From the NCBI GenBank assembly GCA_030765525.1, contig JAVCCK010000010.1, positions 450,441 through 514,440 on the forward strand: a stretch of DNA of 64,000 nt, given 5' to 3'. Source of the stretch: Candidatus Lernaella stagnicola (GTDB lineage Bacteria > Lernaellota > Lernaellaia > Lernaellales > Lernaellaceae). Shown in pieces: positions 55,364-64,000 of the stretch (positions are counted from its first letter, which is position 1; each line of letters begins with the position of its first letter). The notes under the pieces were generated by a model. That model had not been told where the DNA came from, searched no databases, and worked only from the letters and a program-made list of their open reading frames with translations. Both the position numbers and the translations under genes were made by a program.

Positions 55364-57127
55364 ATGAACAAACGCCGCCTCGCCATCGCCGTCTCCGGAG
55401 TCGTCCTGGGCGTTGCCGGATACTGGCTGCTGGATCGATGGTGGGGACCCTTCGCCGCGGCGCGCGTCTACGAAGCGCCGGAGCATTCCGTCTGGCGGGC
55501 CGTCATTTCCTTGGGGCATTGGCTGTGGTACGCGGCGCTGATCGCGGCGAGCCTCGGCGCCGGCGCCGCCATCGCGTTTTGGCCCGGCCGTGGGAAGACG
55601 ATCGCGGGAGAAAAACACGCCTGGCGGTGGGTCGCGGCGTTGGCTGTATTTGCGGCTGCGGCCGTCCTGCTGATACGGGCCGGAGCGTTGGGCGGCGCGC
55701 CCCTCTTTGACGACGAAATGATCTACCGCTTCCAGGCGCAGACGATCACCATGGGCCGACTGACCGCCGATCCGCCGCCGGATGCCGAACGCTTCAAGCA
55801 CATTTTCCTCGGCGTTTGGAAGGGGCGCTGGTTTGGGCAGTACAGCTTCGGCCACCCTGCGCTTTTGGCCCTTGGCGAGCTTCTGGGTCGGCCGGGTGTG
55901 GTAGGCGCAGCGGAAACAGCGCTGATGGTCCTGCTGTTGTTTTTGCTGGCCGACCGACTCTTCGACCGCCGCGCCGCGTTGTTAACCGCTTTCCTGGCCG
56001 CGGTTTCACCCTTTTTGCTGTGCACCGGCGCGACGCTCTTGTCGCAGAACTCCGCCACGCCGCTGGTGCTGCTGGGTATTCTGTTTACTTTGCGCGCGGC
56101 CGAGCATGGGCGCTTTGGCGACACCTTGGTTGCGGCGCTGGCATTAGGCGGCGCGTTTTGGTGCCGGCAAATGGAACCCGCCGTATTCGCCTTCGGCCCC
56201 CTCGTACTGCTGGCAATTCGCTTGATTCGCGGCAGGCGGCGGCTGCCGATTCTGGCCGGCGGATTGCTCGGCTCGCTGCTGGCAATCGGCCCACTCTTGT
56301 TGCTGCAGCGGTATCTGTGGGGCGACGCCTTCTGGACAAATTACCAAGCGTACTGGTGGGGCGTGCAGAAACTTCGCATCACCTCGCCCTTTGGTTTCGG
56401 CCTTGCGCCGCTGGCCAATCACACGCCCGCCAAGGGCTTGTTGTACACGCTGCGTAACTGGGTTCACCTTGATGTGTTCCTGCTCGGCCTGCCCGGCGCA
56501 ACGATTCTGGCCGCCGTCGGCTTCGCAGCCCATCGCAAGCAGAGCGAAGCGGTGGCCGTGTTCGCCGGCGTCGTACTCAGTTTTGTCATGTTGTTCTTTT
56601 ATTTTTGGCCCAGCCTCGCCGACACTGGCCCGCAGCTCTACCACACCGCCGGAGCCGTGTTGCTGCCCTTCGTTGCCGCCGGGCTGATCCGATGGCTCGA
56701 CTCCGCCAAAGTGCCGGCGCTTGCCGCCGCGACCATCTTGTTGGTGGCCGGCGCGACCTTCTGGCCGGTGCAACTGCAAGCCCTGCACCGCGCCTCGCAA
56801 GGCGCCACGGAATTGCAGCGCTTGGTCGCCGCGCGCGATATTCACCACGCCATCGTCTTCGCCCGGGCACGGCCCTGGCCGACCGGGTACGCCGTCTCAC
56901 CGGTCAATTCGCTGCCGGCGCCGCGGCCCGACTTTTCCGACGACGTGCTTTTCGCGCGCACCGGCGGCACGCCGGTCAACCGCGCTTTCGCTGAAAAGCA
57001 TTTCCCGGATCGAGCGCTGTATTACCTGCAATTTATCGACGGCAAAATCGCCTTGCTGCCACTCGACGAATACACCGGTCGGCAAAGCCTGCTCGAAGCG
57101 GCCGTGCCGCGCGATATCTCGAAGTGA
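55364..57127 (+). CDS. GT-C fold glycosyltransferase, ArnT/PMT (GT39/GT83-like) family
   Basis: Polytopic membrane protein with first-loop acidic motif PLFDDEMIYRF and ~12 TM helices. 587 aa. Confidence 0.55.
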   Translation: MNKRRLAIAVSGVVLGVAGYWLLDRWWGPFAAARVYEAPEHSVWRAVISLGHWLWYAALIAASLGAGAAIAFWPGRGKTIAGEKHAWRWVAALAVFAAAAVLLIRAGALGGAPLFDDEMIYRFQAQTITMGRLTADPPPDAERFKHIFLGVWKGRWFGQYSFGHPALLALGELLGRPGVVGAAETALMVLLLFLLADRLFDRRAALLTAFLAAVSPFLLCTGATLLSQNSATPLVLLGILFTLRAAEHGRFGDTLVAALALGGAFWCRQMEPAVFAFGPLVLLAIRLIRGRRRLPILAGGLLGSLLAIGPLLLLQRYLWGDAFWTNYQAYWWGVQKLRITSPFGFGLAPLANHTPAKGLLYTLRNWVHLDVFLLGLPGATILAAVGFAAHRKQSEAVAVFAGVVLSFVMLFFYFWPSLADTGPQLYHTAGAVLLPFVAAGLIRWLDSAKVPALAAATILLVAGATFWPVQLQALHRASQGATELQRLVAARDIHHAIVFARARPWPTGYAVSPVNSLPAPRPDFSDDVLFARTGGTPVNRAFAEKHFPDRALYYLQFIDGKIALLPLDEYTGRQSLLEAAVPRDISK

Positions 57128-57188
57128 CCACCGCCCTTTTGCGCGGTTGATAAGCGGTGTAAAAAAGCCGGAAGGAAAAGGAGACGAG

Positions 57189-58958
57189 TTGCGCCGTATC
57201 TTCGCCACTTTGGTCATGTTGAGCCTCGTGTTTTGCTTCGCCTGCGACGCGAAACGATACCGGCCCACCAAACTGCCCCCGGCGCGAAACGCCGTGCTGA
57301 TCAGCATCGACATGCTGCGCGCCGACCACCTGGGCACGTACGGGTATTCCAAACCGACCTCACCCAACCTCGACAAGCTGGCGAAAGAGGCCATTCGTTT
57401 CGACCGGGCCTATAGCAGTTCAAACTGGACCCTGCCCGGGCACGCGGGCATGCTCACCGGCCGCATGTCATCCTGGCACGGCGGCATTCAGCTACACGAC
57501 GCCATTCGCGAATCGGTGCCCCTGGTTTCCCAGGTCCTGCAAGCGCGCGGCGTGAGAACGGCGGCGCTGACAAGCCATATTTACGTATCCCCGCGCTATG
57601 GATTCGAGCGTGGCTTCGACTACTTCGAGTTCGAGCAAAATCGCGCCGCGCCGGTCATCACCGACAAGGCTGTGGCATGGCTGGAAACGCAGGGCGACGA
57701 ACCCTTCTTCCTGTTCTTGCATTACTTCGACGTACATAACCCCTTCGGCCAAGGGGGCGCGCCCGTAGGACGTTTTACCAGCGATCCGGAATGCCGCGGC
57801 CCCGTCACCGTGCACGAGGCCGTCGCCGCCGCCTACCAGGAAAACTGGGACGCCTTCGATTGCATCACCGCCTTGTACGATGCCGATATTGCGCTGGTCG
57901 ACCGCGAATTGGGCCGGTTGTTCGAATACCTGAAGCACCGCGGATTGCTGGAGGAAACCCTGCTGATCGTCACGTCGGATCACGGCGAACTACTCGGCAA
58001 GGGAGAGGGCGTTACCCACGGCCTGACGCTGCGCGAACCGGAAATCCGCGTGCCGCTCTTGATTCGTTTCCCCGGCGCCGCGGCGGGCAACACGGCCGTG
58101 CCGCACTTGGTCAGCAACATCCAACTGACGCCGACTATTCTCGAATCGATGGGCGCGCCCGCCTTCGACACCGACCTGCCGAGTCTCTTTCCGCTTTTGG
58201 CCGGCGGTGCGCCTCCCACGTGGCTGGGCGTCGAAACCGACAGCATTCGGTATCAACAAATCGGCATCGTGGGCGAGCGTTACAAGCTGATTCTGCCGCC
58301 CACCTACCACATCATGGACACCCGCCTGGCGCCGATGCTGATCGATATCAAAGGTTCGGAAGAAGAAAACCTGTGGGAGAAGCACCCCGAGCGCGTGCGC
58401 GACATGCTGGGCCGGGCCGAACAAAGCGGCTGGTACGGCCGCGGCACCTGCCACGAGTTCGTGCATCGTTTCGGGCCGGACGTGGGGCCGGTGAAGCTGC
58501 GTTTTTCGTTTCCCGAGGATCGTCCGCCGGTGTATGTGCGGCCGTGGCGGCGTGCGGTGCAGGTCAAGCCGGGCGGCTTCTTCGACGTTTGGCCGCATTT
58601 GCGACGGTCTCCCGGCACGATCGAGTTGCGCCTGAAACCCGGCGAGCACCCCATGGGCATCGTGTTCGTCATGCCCGAAGGCGTGCAGGCGCGGGCGGAA
58701 GTGTTCTTCTCGGGCGCTCAACGTCCGGCCGTATTGTGGGGCGAGGAGAAAACGGAGTGGGACGGCGCCTCGAAAGGGCTACCCACCGAGGCGGGTGCGT
58801 GGCAGGCCGTCACCCGGCCCGATGGGGCTTTCATACAGGCGCGCAGCTACCGCGTGCTGGATCTCGAACGACCCAACGGCGGGCGTTCGGGCGTGCCGGT
58901 CGATTTGACCAACGACGAGGAACGCGACCTGCGCACCCTCGGCTATCTGGGGATGTGA
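57189..58958 (+). CDS. sulfatase-like lipoprotein, second copy (Thr/His variant)
   Basis: TTG start after AAGGAG. Lipobox LVFCFAC. ISIDMLRADHL. Signature SSNWTLPGHAGMLTG (T...P.H). Confidence 0.55.
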   Translation: MRRIFATLVMLSLVFCFACDAKRYRPTKLPPARNAVLISIDMLRADHLGTYGYSKPTSPNLDKLAKEAIRFDRAYSSSNWTLPGHAGMLTGRMSSWHGGIQLHDAIRESVPLVSQVLQARGVRTAALTSHIYVSPRYGFERGFDYFEFEQNRAAPVITDKAVAWLETQGDEPFFLFLHYFDVHNPFGQGGAPVGRFTSDPECRGPVTVHEAVAAAYQENWDAFDCITALYDADIALVDRELGRLFEYLKHRGLLEETLLIVTSDHGELLGKGEGVTHGLTLREPEIRVPLLIRFPGAAAGNTAVPHLVSNIQLTPTILESMGAPAFDTDLPSLFPLLAGGAPPTWLGVETDSIRYQQIGIVGERYKLILPPTYHIMDTRLAPMLIDIKGSEEENLWEKHPERVRDMLGRAEQSGWYGRGTCHEFVHRFGPDVGPVKLRFSFPEDRPPVYVRPWRRAVQVKPGGFFDVWPHLRRSPGTIELRLKPGEHPMGIVFVMPEGVQARAEVFFSGAQRPAVLWGEEKTEWDGASKGLPTEAGAWQAVTRPDGAFIQARSYRVLDLERPNGGRSGVPVDLTNDEERDLRTLGYLGM

Positions 58959-60017
58959 TTAAATCTGCGACTCTTCGTAGAACGCCCGGCCTTCAATCTT
59001 TTTTCCGCCTCGCGTGCCGCTGACGAACGCTCCACCTTCGTAGATGGTTTCGTTCACTTCCATGTTCTCGCGGTCGGCGGTGACGGTCAGCGACGCGTCC
59101 AACTCGGAAATATCGATCCGCCAAACGGTCGCCCGGCGGCGGCCGGTGGCCTCGCTTTTCCACTCGCTCAGCGTCTGCGCGGTGCAGCTCAGGCTGGGCC
59201 GGTGCGTGCCGTCGGGCAGCACGGCGTCGCAATCGACATGCATCGTGTTGTCCTTGCGCACGAAGGCGAAAACCATGGCCTTGGTTCCGTCGGTCAGGTG
59301 AATCGAAAACCAGTGCCAACTGCGCAGTTTGCCGTAATTCCACAGCCCCCATTGGTGGTCCATCCATCCCAGGCCATGTAGGACCCGGCGCTTGTCGCCG
59401 ACGGCCACCGAGCCGTCCACGCGCATGGCCGGGATCAGGTAATACTCGCTGCGCCCGGTTTCGCCCATCGAGATCGTGCCGTCGCCGCTCACGGCAATCG
59501 GTGGCTGGATCGCCGTAAGGCGCAGTTTCATCTGCGCGGGTTCGCCCTCGAGTTCGAACTCATAATCCAGCCGACCGCGCTCGAGTTGCCGAATCGTTGC
59601 CACGCCCTTGGATGACGCCGACAGGGCTTTCCGGTCCACCTCGGTGTCGGTTTCTTTGTAGTACGGAATGAAAACGTCGTCGTCCGGCGAGTACAGCATG
59701 CCGTAGAACTGGTTGTCGGACAGGATCGCGAACATGAACGACCACCGTCGCCCCTCGGTGTCGAGGGTATGGGCGTTGAAATACCACCAGCCCAAGACAT
59801 TGCGAAAATGGATGCCCGCAAAATTGAAGGCGGCGAGGTTTTTCACCGGTATGTTCTCGGGGTTCACTTCCGGCGCGTCGACGGGTGGCATGAGTTGCTC
59901 GTAAGCGCGGCGGTCGGCGCTTGCATCGGGCGGCGTGTAAGATGGCGGGCTCTTCTTTTCGCATGCCGCCATGACCAGCATGATCGCGAGCAACACGTAG
60001 GGCAGGCCTTTTCGCAT
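58959..60017 (-). CDS. AttH/CrtC-like (lipocalin-like) lipoprotein
   Basis: Lipobox LVMAACEKK. WYFNAHTLDTEGRRWSFMFAI and LHGLGWMDHQWG motifs characteristic of the AttH/CrtC hydratase-like fold. Confidence 0.5.
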   Translation of the reverse strand: MRKGLPYVLLAIMLVMAACEKKSPPSYTPPDASADRRAYEQLMPPVDAPEVNPENIPVKNLAAFNFAGIHFRNVLGWWYFNAHTLDTEGRRWSFMFAILSDNQFYGMLYSPDDDVFIPYYKETDTEVDRKALSASSKGVATIRQLERGRLDYEFELEGEPAQMKLRLTAIQPPIAVSGDGTISMGETGRSEYYLIPAMRVDGSVAVGDKRRVLHGLGWMDHQWGLWNYGKLRSWHWFSIHLTDGTKAMVFAFVRKDNTMHVDCDAVLPDGTHRPSLSCTAQTLSEWKSEATGRRRATVWRIDISELDASLTVTADRENMEVNETIYEGGAFVSGTRGGKKIEGRAFYEESQI

Positions 60018-61604
60018 CTAATACCCCGGCGGTTTGTAGCGCCGTCCCGCTCCGAAGGGGAAGAAGCGGTCGGTTAGCGGGTCGATTTCTTCCGGCGGTA
60101 CCACGACACGCACGCGTTCGTTCCGGCGCGCGTCGAGGTTCACTTGACGCAGGGTCGTAAGAACGATGCCGTAGGTCAAGTCGCCGTAGCGGATCGGATT
60201 GCGCTTCAGCATCGGATCGTAAAACGGCTCGACGGCCAACCGCCGCATCAAGCCGCCGCTGGCGACGAACTCCGTGCGGTCGTTGCAGTGCAGCACTAGC
60301 AGGCGATCGGTGAGTTCTGGGCGGTAGAATTTGACCGCGGTGTCCAAGGCGTGATCGTGCGGCCGGGCGCAATAATAGAGCACGGTGCCCGGCTCGGCAT
60401 CCCCGTGGTCGCGCGCGATATTGTCGGCGGTTTGTTGCAACGACTCAGCCCGCCGCGTTTGCCAACGCGAGAAATTCCAGCCCAACACGGCGCTGTTAAC
60501 GGCAAGCAGAATCGCCAATCCGGCAAGCAACAACCGTGCGACACGCCCTGGACGACCCGCCAAACCCGCCGCCGCGGCCAGCAACAACCCGGCGCCGAAT
60601 CCGCCGAGATAGAAAAAGCGTAGCGGAAACCATAGCGCCATAACCGGGTTCTTCAGGTTTACGGCCATCGGCGCCATCGCCAAAACGAAAAGCGCCAAGC
60701 CCATCAGCGCCAGGCGTGGTGCGCCCGTGCGGCGACCCCAGATGAGCAGCGCGAGGATCCCCACCGCCAACGGCGGCAGCAACCATGGCAACACGGGGAA
60801 GTAGTCGGCAATGAGTTTGGGGATCACCGGCAAAATAACGTCGAGCGGCGGCGCGCCGGGCAGCGGGTCGTATCCGCCGAAGCCGCCCAAAAACAACCAA
60901 CGCCACACGAAATACAAGGACGCCGCCAGCACCCAAGGCCAAGCGGTCAGCAGCGTAAGACCGGCGGCGCGTCGGCGGCTTTCGCCGCGTTGCCGATGGA
61001 AAGAGAAAGCAAGAGGAAATACCAGCAGCGCCACGACGATTTGATTTTCCTTGCACAACATGGCCGCGAGCGCCGCGAGCAGCGAGGCGGTCAGCCACAA
61101 TCGGCGGCGGCCGTCCATCCACCGCCAAAACGCGATCAGCGAGACAACCAGAAAGAAGGCGCCAAGCACGTCGGGCGTGTTGAACACAAAATGCGCCCCC
61201 ATGGTCGTCGCGGGAGAAACGGCAAACAGCGCCGCCGTCCAAAACGCCACGGGAATCGAGCCGAACCAACGCCGCCCAAGTTCGAACAGCAAGCATGTCG
61301 TGGCGGCTACGAGCGCTAAATTCACCGCGAGATAGCCCACGGCATGCGCGCCGAACAGCCCATACAAAGGCTTGAAGAAGAAGTAGAACGCCGGTCGGTA
61401 GTACAAACCGAACCACAAATCCTGGGTGAAAAACGCCCAAACCGGCGCGCCGGCGCGGGCCAGATGCAGATAGAAATAATCGTCCAGGTAGAAATCGCCC
61501 CACAAAATCGCGCCCTGCGTCAGCAAGGCGGCTAACGCCAACGCCGCGCGATAAGCGTTCAAACCGGAATCTTTTAGGGGCGCTGCGGTGCTATGTTCCG
61601 ACAC
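60018..61604 (-). CDS. GT-C fold glycosyltransferase, ArnT/PMT-like (second)
   Basis: First-loop motif GDFYLDDYFYLH. ~12 TM helices. 528 aa. Abuts AttH-like gene with no gap. Confidence 0.55.
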   Translation of the reverse strand: MSEHSTAAPLKDSGLNAYRAALALAALLTQGAILWGDFYLDDYFYLHLARAGAPVWAFFTQDLWFGLYYRPAFYFFFKPLYGLFGAHAVGYLAVNLALVAATTCLLFELGRRWFGSIPVAFWTAALFAVSPATTMGAHFVFNTPDVLGAFFLVVSLIAFWRWMDGRRRLWLTASLLAALAAMLCKENQIVVALLVFPLAFSFHRQRGESRRRAAGLTLLTAWPWVLAASLYFVWRWLFLGGFGGYDPLPGAPPLDVILPVIPKLIADYFPVLPWLLPPLAVGILALLIWGRRTGAPRLALMGLALFVLAMAPMAVNLKNPVMALWFPLRFFYLGGFGAGLLLAAAAGLAGRPGRVARLLLAGLAILLAVNSAVLGWNFSRWQTRRAESLQQTADNIARDHGDAEPGTVLYYCARPHDHALDTAVKFYRPELTDRLLVLHCNDRTEFVASGGLMRRLAVEPFYDPMLKRNPIRYGDLTYGIVLTTLRQVNLDARRNERVRVVVPPEEIDPLTDRFFPFGAGRRYKPPGY

Positions 61605-61766
61605 GATTGCATCCGTTTGTTGCTAAGAGGAAGTCGTCGGCCAGCTTACGTAGCCGGTCGATTTCTGTCAACGAATCGCCGCCGCGTCCGCCGTCGGACG
61701 ATCGATCCTGGCAATAACCGCGCGATTGTATTACAAGTTTAATACCGACAAAGGTGGGGGATTCGC

Positions 61767-62906
61767 TTGGACGGCATCTACTTGGACTACAACGCCACGA
61801 CGCCCATTGCGCCCGAAGTGCGCGAAGCGATGCAACCCTATCTGGAAAACCACTTCGGAAACCCATCCTCTACGCACTCCTACGGACGCGCGGCGCAGGC
61901 CGGCATCGCCAAAGCCCGCAACCAGATGGCGCTGCTGCTGGGGGCTTCGCCCGAGGAGATCGTCTTCACCAGCGGCGGCACCGAGGCGAACAACCTGGCG
62001 ATCCGCGGCGCGGCCGTGGCGTTGCGCGACAAGGGCCGGCATTTGGTTACGACGACCGTCGAGCATCCGGCCGTCACGCAAGTGATGGCGCATCTGGAGA
62101 GCGAGGGGTGGGACGTAAGTTACGTGCCGGTCGACGAGCGCGGGCAGGTGGACCCCGAGGCGGTCGAGGCCGCGCTGCGTCCGGACACGGTGCTGGTGTC
62201 GGTCATGCACGCCAATAACGAGTTGGGTACGATCATGCCCGTGGCCGACATCGCCGCCCGCGCTCACGCCAAGGGCGTGCTGGTCCATACCGATGCGGCG
62301 CAATCGGTCGGGAAAATCCCGGCGCGCGTGTGGGATTTGGGCGTCGATTTGCTCTCGGTCGCCGGGCACAAGTTCTACGCGCCCAAGGGCGTGGGTGCGC
62401 TGTTCGTCAAGCGCGGCACGCCGCTGGCTCCGGTGTTGTTCGGCGCGGCGCAGGAAGAGGGACGGCGGCCGGGCACGGAAAACACGCCGTATCTGGTCGG
62501 CCTGGGCCGGGCGGCGGAATTGGCGATACGCGAGCAGAAAAAACTCGCGCCGCAATGGGCCGCTTTGCGGGATCGTCTGCAGGACGAACTTGTCTCGTCC
62601 TTACCGGCGGATCAGGTACGCGTAAACGGCGATTTGGAACACCACCTGCCCAACACGTTGAGCATCAGCTTCCGCGGTATACAGGGCGACGCCCTGCTCA
62701 ACGGGTTGCCGGAGATCGCCGCAAGCACCGGTGCCGCCTGCCACGCGGACGCGGTATCGCTATCGACGGTGCTCGAAGCAATCGATTTACCGCTGGAATT
62801 CGCGAAGGGCACAGTACGGTTGTCCATCGGGCGATATACGACGGCAGAGGACGTGGATCGCGCGGCGAAATTAATCGTCGCCAAAGTCAAGGAAATGAGG
62901 CGATAG
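61767..62906 (+). CDS. cysteine desulfurase (NifS/IscS-like, class V aminotransferase)
   Basis: PLP-lysine region SVAGHKFYAPKGVGALFVK. TSGGTEANN. Active-site Cys ASTGAACHAD. TTG start after GGTGGGGGA. Confidence 0.75.
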   Translation: MDGIYLDYNATTPIAPEVREAMQPYLENHFGNPSSTHSYGRAAQAGIAKARNQMALLLGASPEEIVFTSGGTEANNLAIRGAAVALRDKGRHLVTTTVEHPAVTQVMAHLESEGWDVSYVPVDERGQVDPEAVEAALRPDTVLVSVMHANNELGTIMPVADIAARAHAKGVLVHTDAAQSVGKIPARVWDLGVDLLSVAGHKFYAPKGVGALFVKRGTPLAPVLFGAAQEEGRRPGTENTPYLVGLGRAAELAIREQKKLAPQWAALRDRLQDELVSSLPADQVRVNGDLEHHLPNTLSISFRGIQGDALLNGLPEIAASTGAACHADAVSLSTVLEAIDLPLEFAKGTVRLSIGRYTTAEDVDRAAKLIVAKVKEMRR

Positions 62907-64000
62907 ATGGACGAGGCAAAACGACCAATTCATCGGTATGTGTTGGCCGGACTGCTGGCGGCGTTGGTGGTGTTTCACGTTGTCTACTTTATGTCGGACG
63001 CTCGTTTGATCGTGGATCACGACGACTATTACCTCGGAATGTTCGCGCGCGATTTCGACGCCGGGCTTGTGCATCATCTTCAGGTCGCGGTAAGCGGCGC
63101 GGAAAAATATCCGCTGGTCAATTGGATGCTGTCGCTCTCGTACACAATCCTGCCGGACCATTCGGCGGTGTTTTTGGCCGTACCGTTGTTGTTCTACCTC
63201 TTGCTCATTTTGGGCATGTATCTGCTCGCCCGCGAACTTTCCGACACCGATACGGGCTTGCTGATCGCCTTTTTGATTGCCGTGGTGCCCATCGTCGATA
63301 ATCACAGCCGCAAGTTCTTCCTGCAGCATTTCGCCACCGCGCTGCTGCCCTGGAGCTTCTGGTTTCTCATGCGTATCCGCGCCTCCGGCGGCCGCGCGGC
63401 CGACTACATCGCCTTGGGCGCGACGATTCTGCTGGCGAACCTGACGCACCCCTTGGCCCACCTCAACTCGGTACCGATTTACGTACTGCTGTTTTTTCTG
63501 CCGCGCTTGACCGGCGAGAAGACACCCCTCAATCGCCGAACTCACTTGCGAAACAGCGTGATCGTTCTCGCGGGCGTCTCGGCGCTGTCGCTTGTCTTCT
63601 TCCGAGACTTCGCGGGCTATTTCTCACCCGACGAAGGGTTCATGCAACTGCTCTCGAAGGATGCGGCGTCGGTAGGGGCCGGTCTGACGTTCGAAACGTA
63701 TTCCAAGGAATTCTGGAGCACGCCCTTTGCCGTGTTGTACGTGGTACTCGGCGGCTTGTCGCTGCTCTTACCGCGCCTCCTGTTGCCCTTGAAAGCCCGC
63801 GCGGTCGGCGCCGGTTTGGTCCTTTGGTATTTTCTGGTGGCTGTCTTCTTCCACCTTCGCGGATTTTCGCTCATCGGTTTCACGCCCGCCTACGTGCTCT
63901 TGCCGCTGCTGGCCATCGTACCCCTGGTGCGGCGTCTGCCGTTGGAAGAGCTCGAGCCGCCGCGCCGGCCGAAGCTGAGCCTGGTTCTTGTGGGCTTGCT
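62906..64000 (+). CDS. GT-C fold glycosyltransferase, ArnT/PMT-like (third; 3' end outside window)
   Basis: ATG overlaps the desulfurase TAG. First-loop motif LIVDHDDYYLGMF. Multiple TM helices. Open to window end. Confidence 0.5.

Noticed and set aside
61731-62555. 274-aa minus-strand ORF opposite the cysteine desulfurase
   Set aside because: Antisense frame. The plus-strand gene has unambiguous PLP-enzyme motifs.

Overview
High-GC (~63-66% by eye) bacterial chromosomal segment. It has the look of a diderm with many lipoproteins that carry poly-Asp linkers after the lipobox Cys; the taxon cannot be assigned from sequence alone. Coding density is high on both strands. Recognisable content: a truncated transglutaminase-like gene; a ~4.4 kb low-GC insert holding one giant NACHT-type STAND NTPase with a C-terminal PD-(D/E)xK-like module, abutting tandem tRNA-Leu(CAA)/tRNA-Ala(GGC) genes; ppiD; a NYN/LabA-like gene; a NitT/TauT-family ABC importer translationally coupled to an SplB-like radical SAM enzyme and an aldehyde dehydrogenase; a four-gene overlapping operon (FN3 surface protein, OM beta-barrel, truA, FHA/coiled-coil); a dapL-like aminotransferase; YfhO; a TetR-controlled LolA-like/FtsX/FtsX/ABC/OMP export cluster with a near-consensus sigma70 promoter flanked by palindromic operators; a putative minus-strand operon of small protein, HDOD, REC-GGDDF, radical SAM and periplasmic FGE-domain protein; a GspL/GspM-like (PilMN/PilO-like) pair; SGNH hydrolase and GH2 glycosidase; two paralogous giant secreted acidic proteins ending in DDDDDDDSGCGC (one with a 24x DDN tandem repeat); and an envelope-modification cluster of two Thr-nucleophile sulfatase-like lipoproteins, three GT-C (ArnT/PMT-like) glycosyltransferases, an AttH-like lipoprotein and a NifS-type cysteine desulfurase. 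No rRNA, CRISPR array, transposase or integrase was recognised. The most novel candidate is the single-gene low-GC NACHT-nuclease island at the tRNA site, a candidate NLR-like antiphage module. Second is the radical SAM / FGE / c-di-GMP operon and the acidic SGCGC-terminated paralogs with the adjacent GT-C/sulfatase-like cluster.
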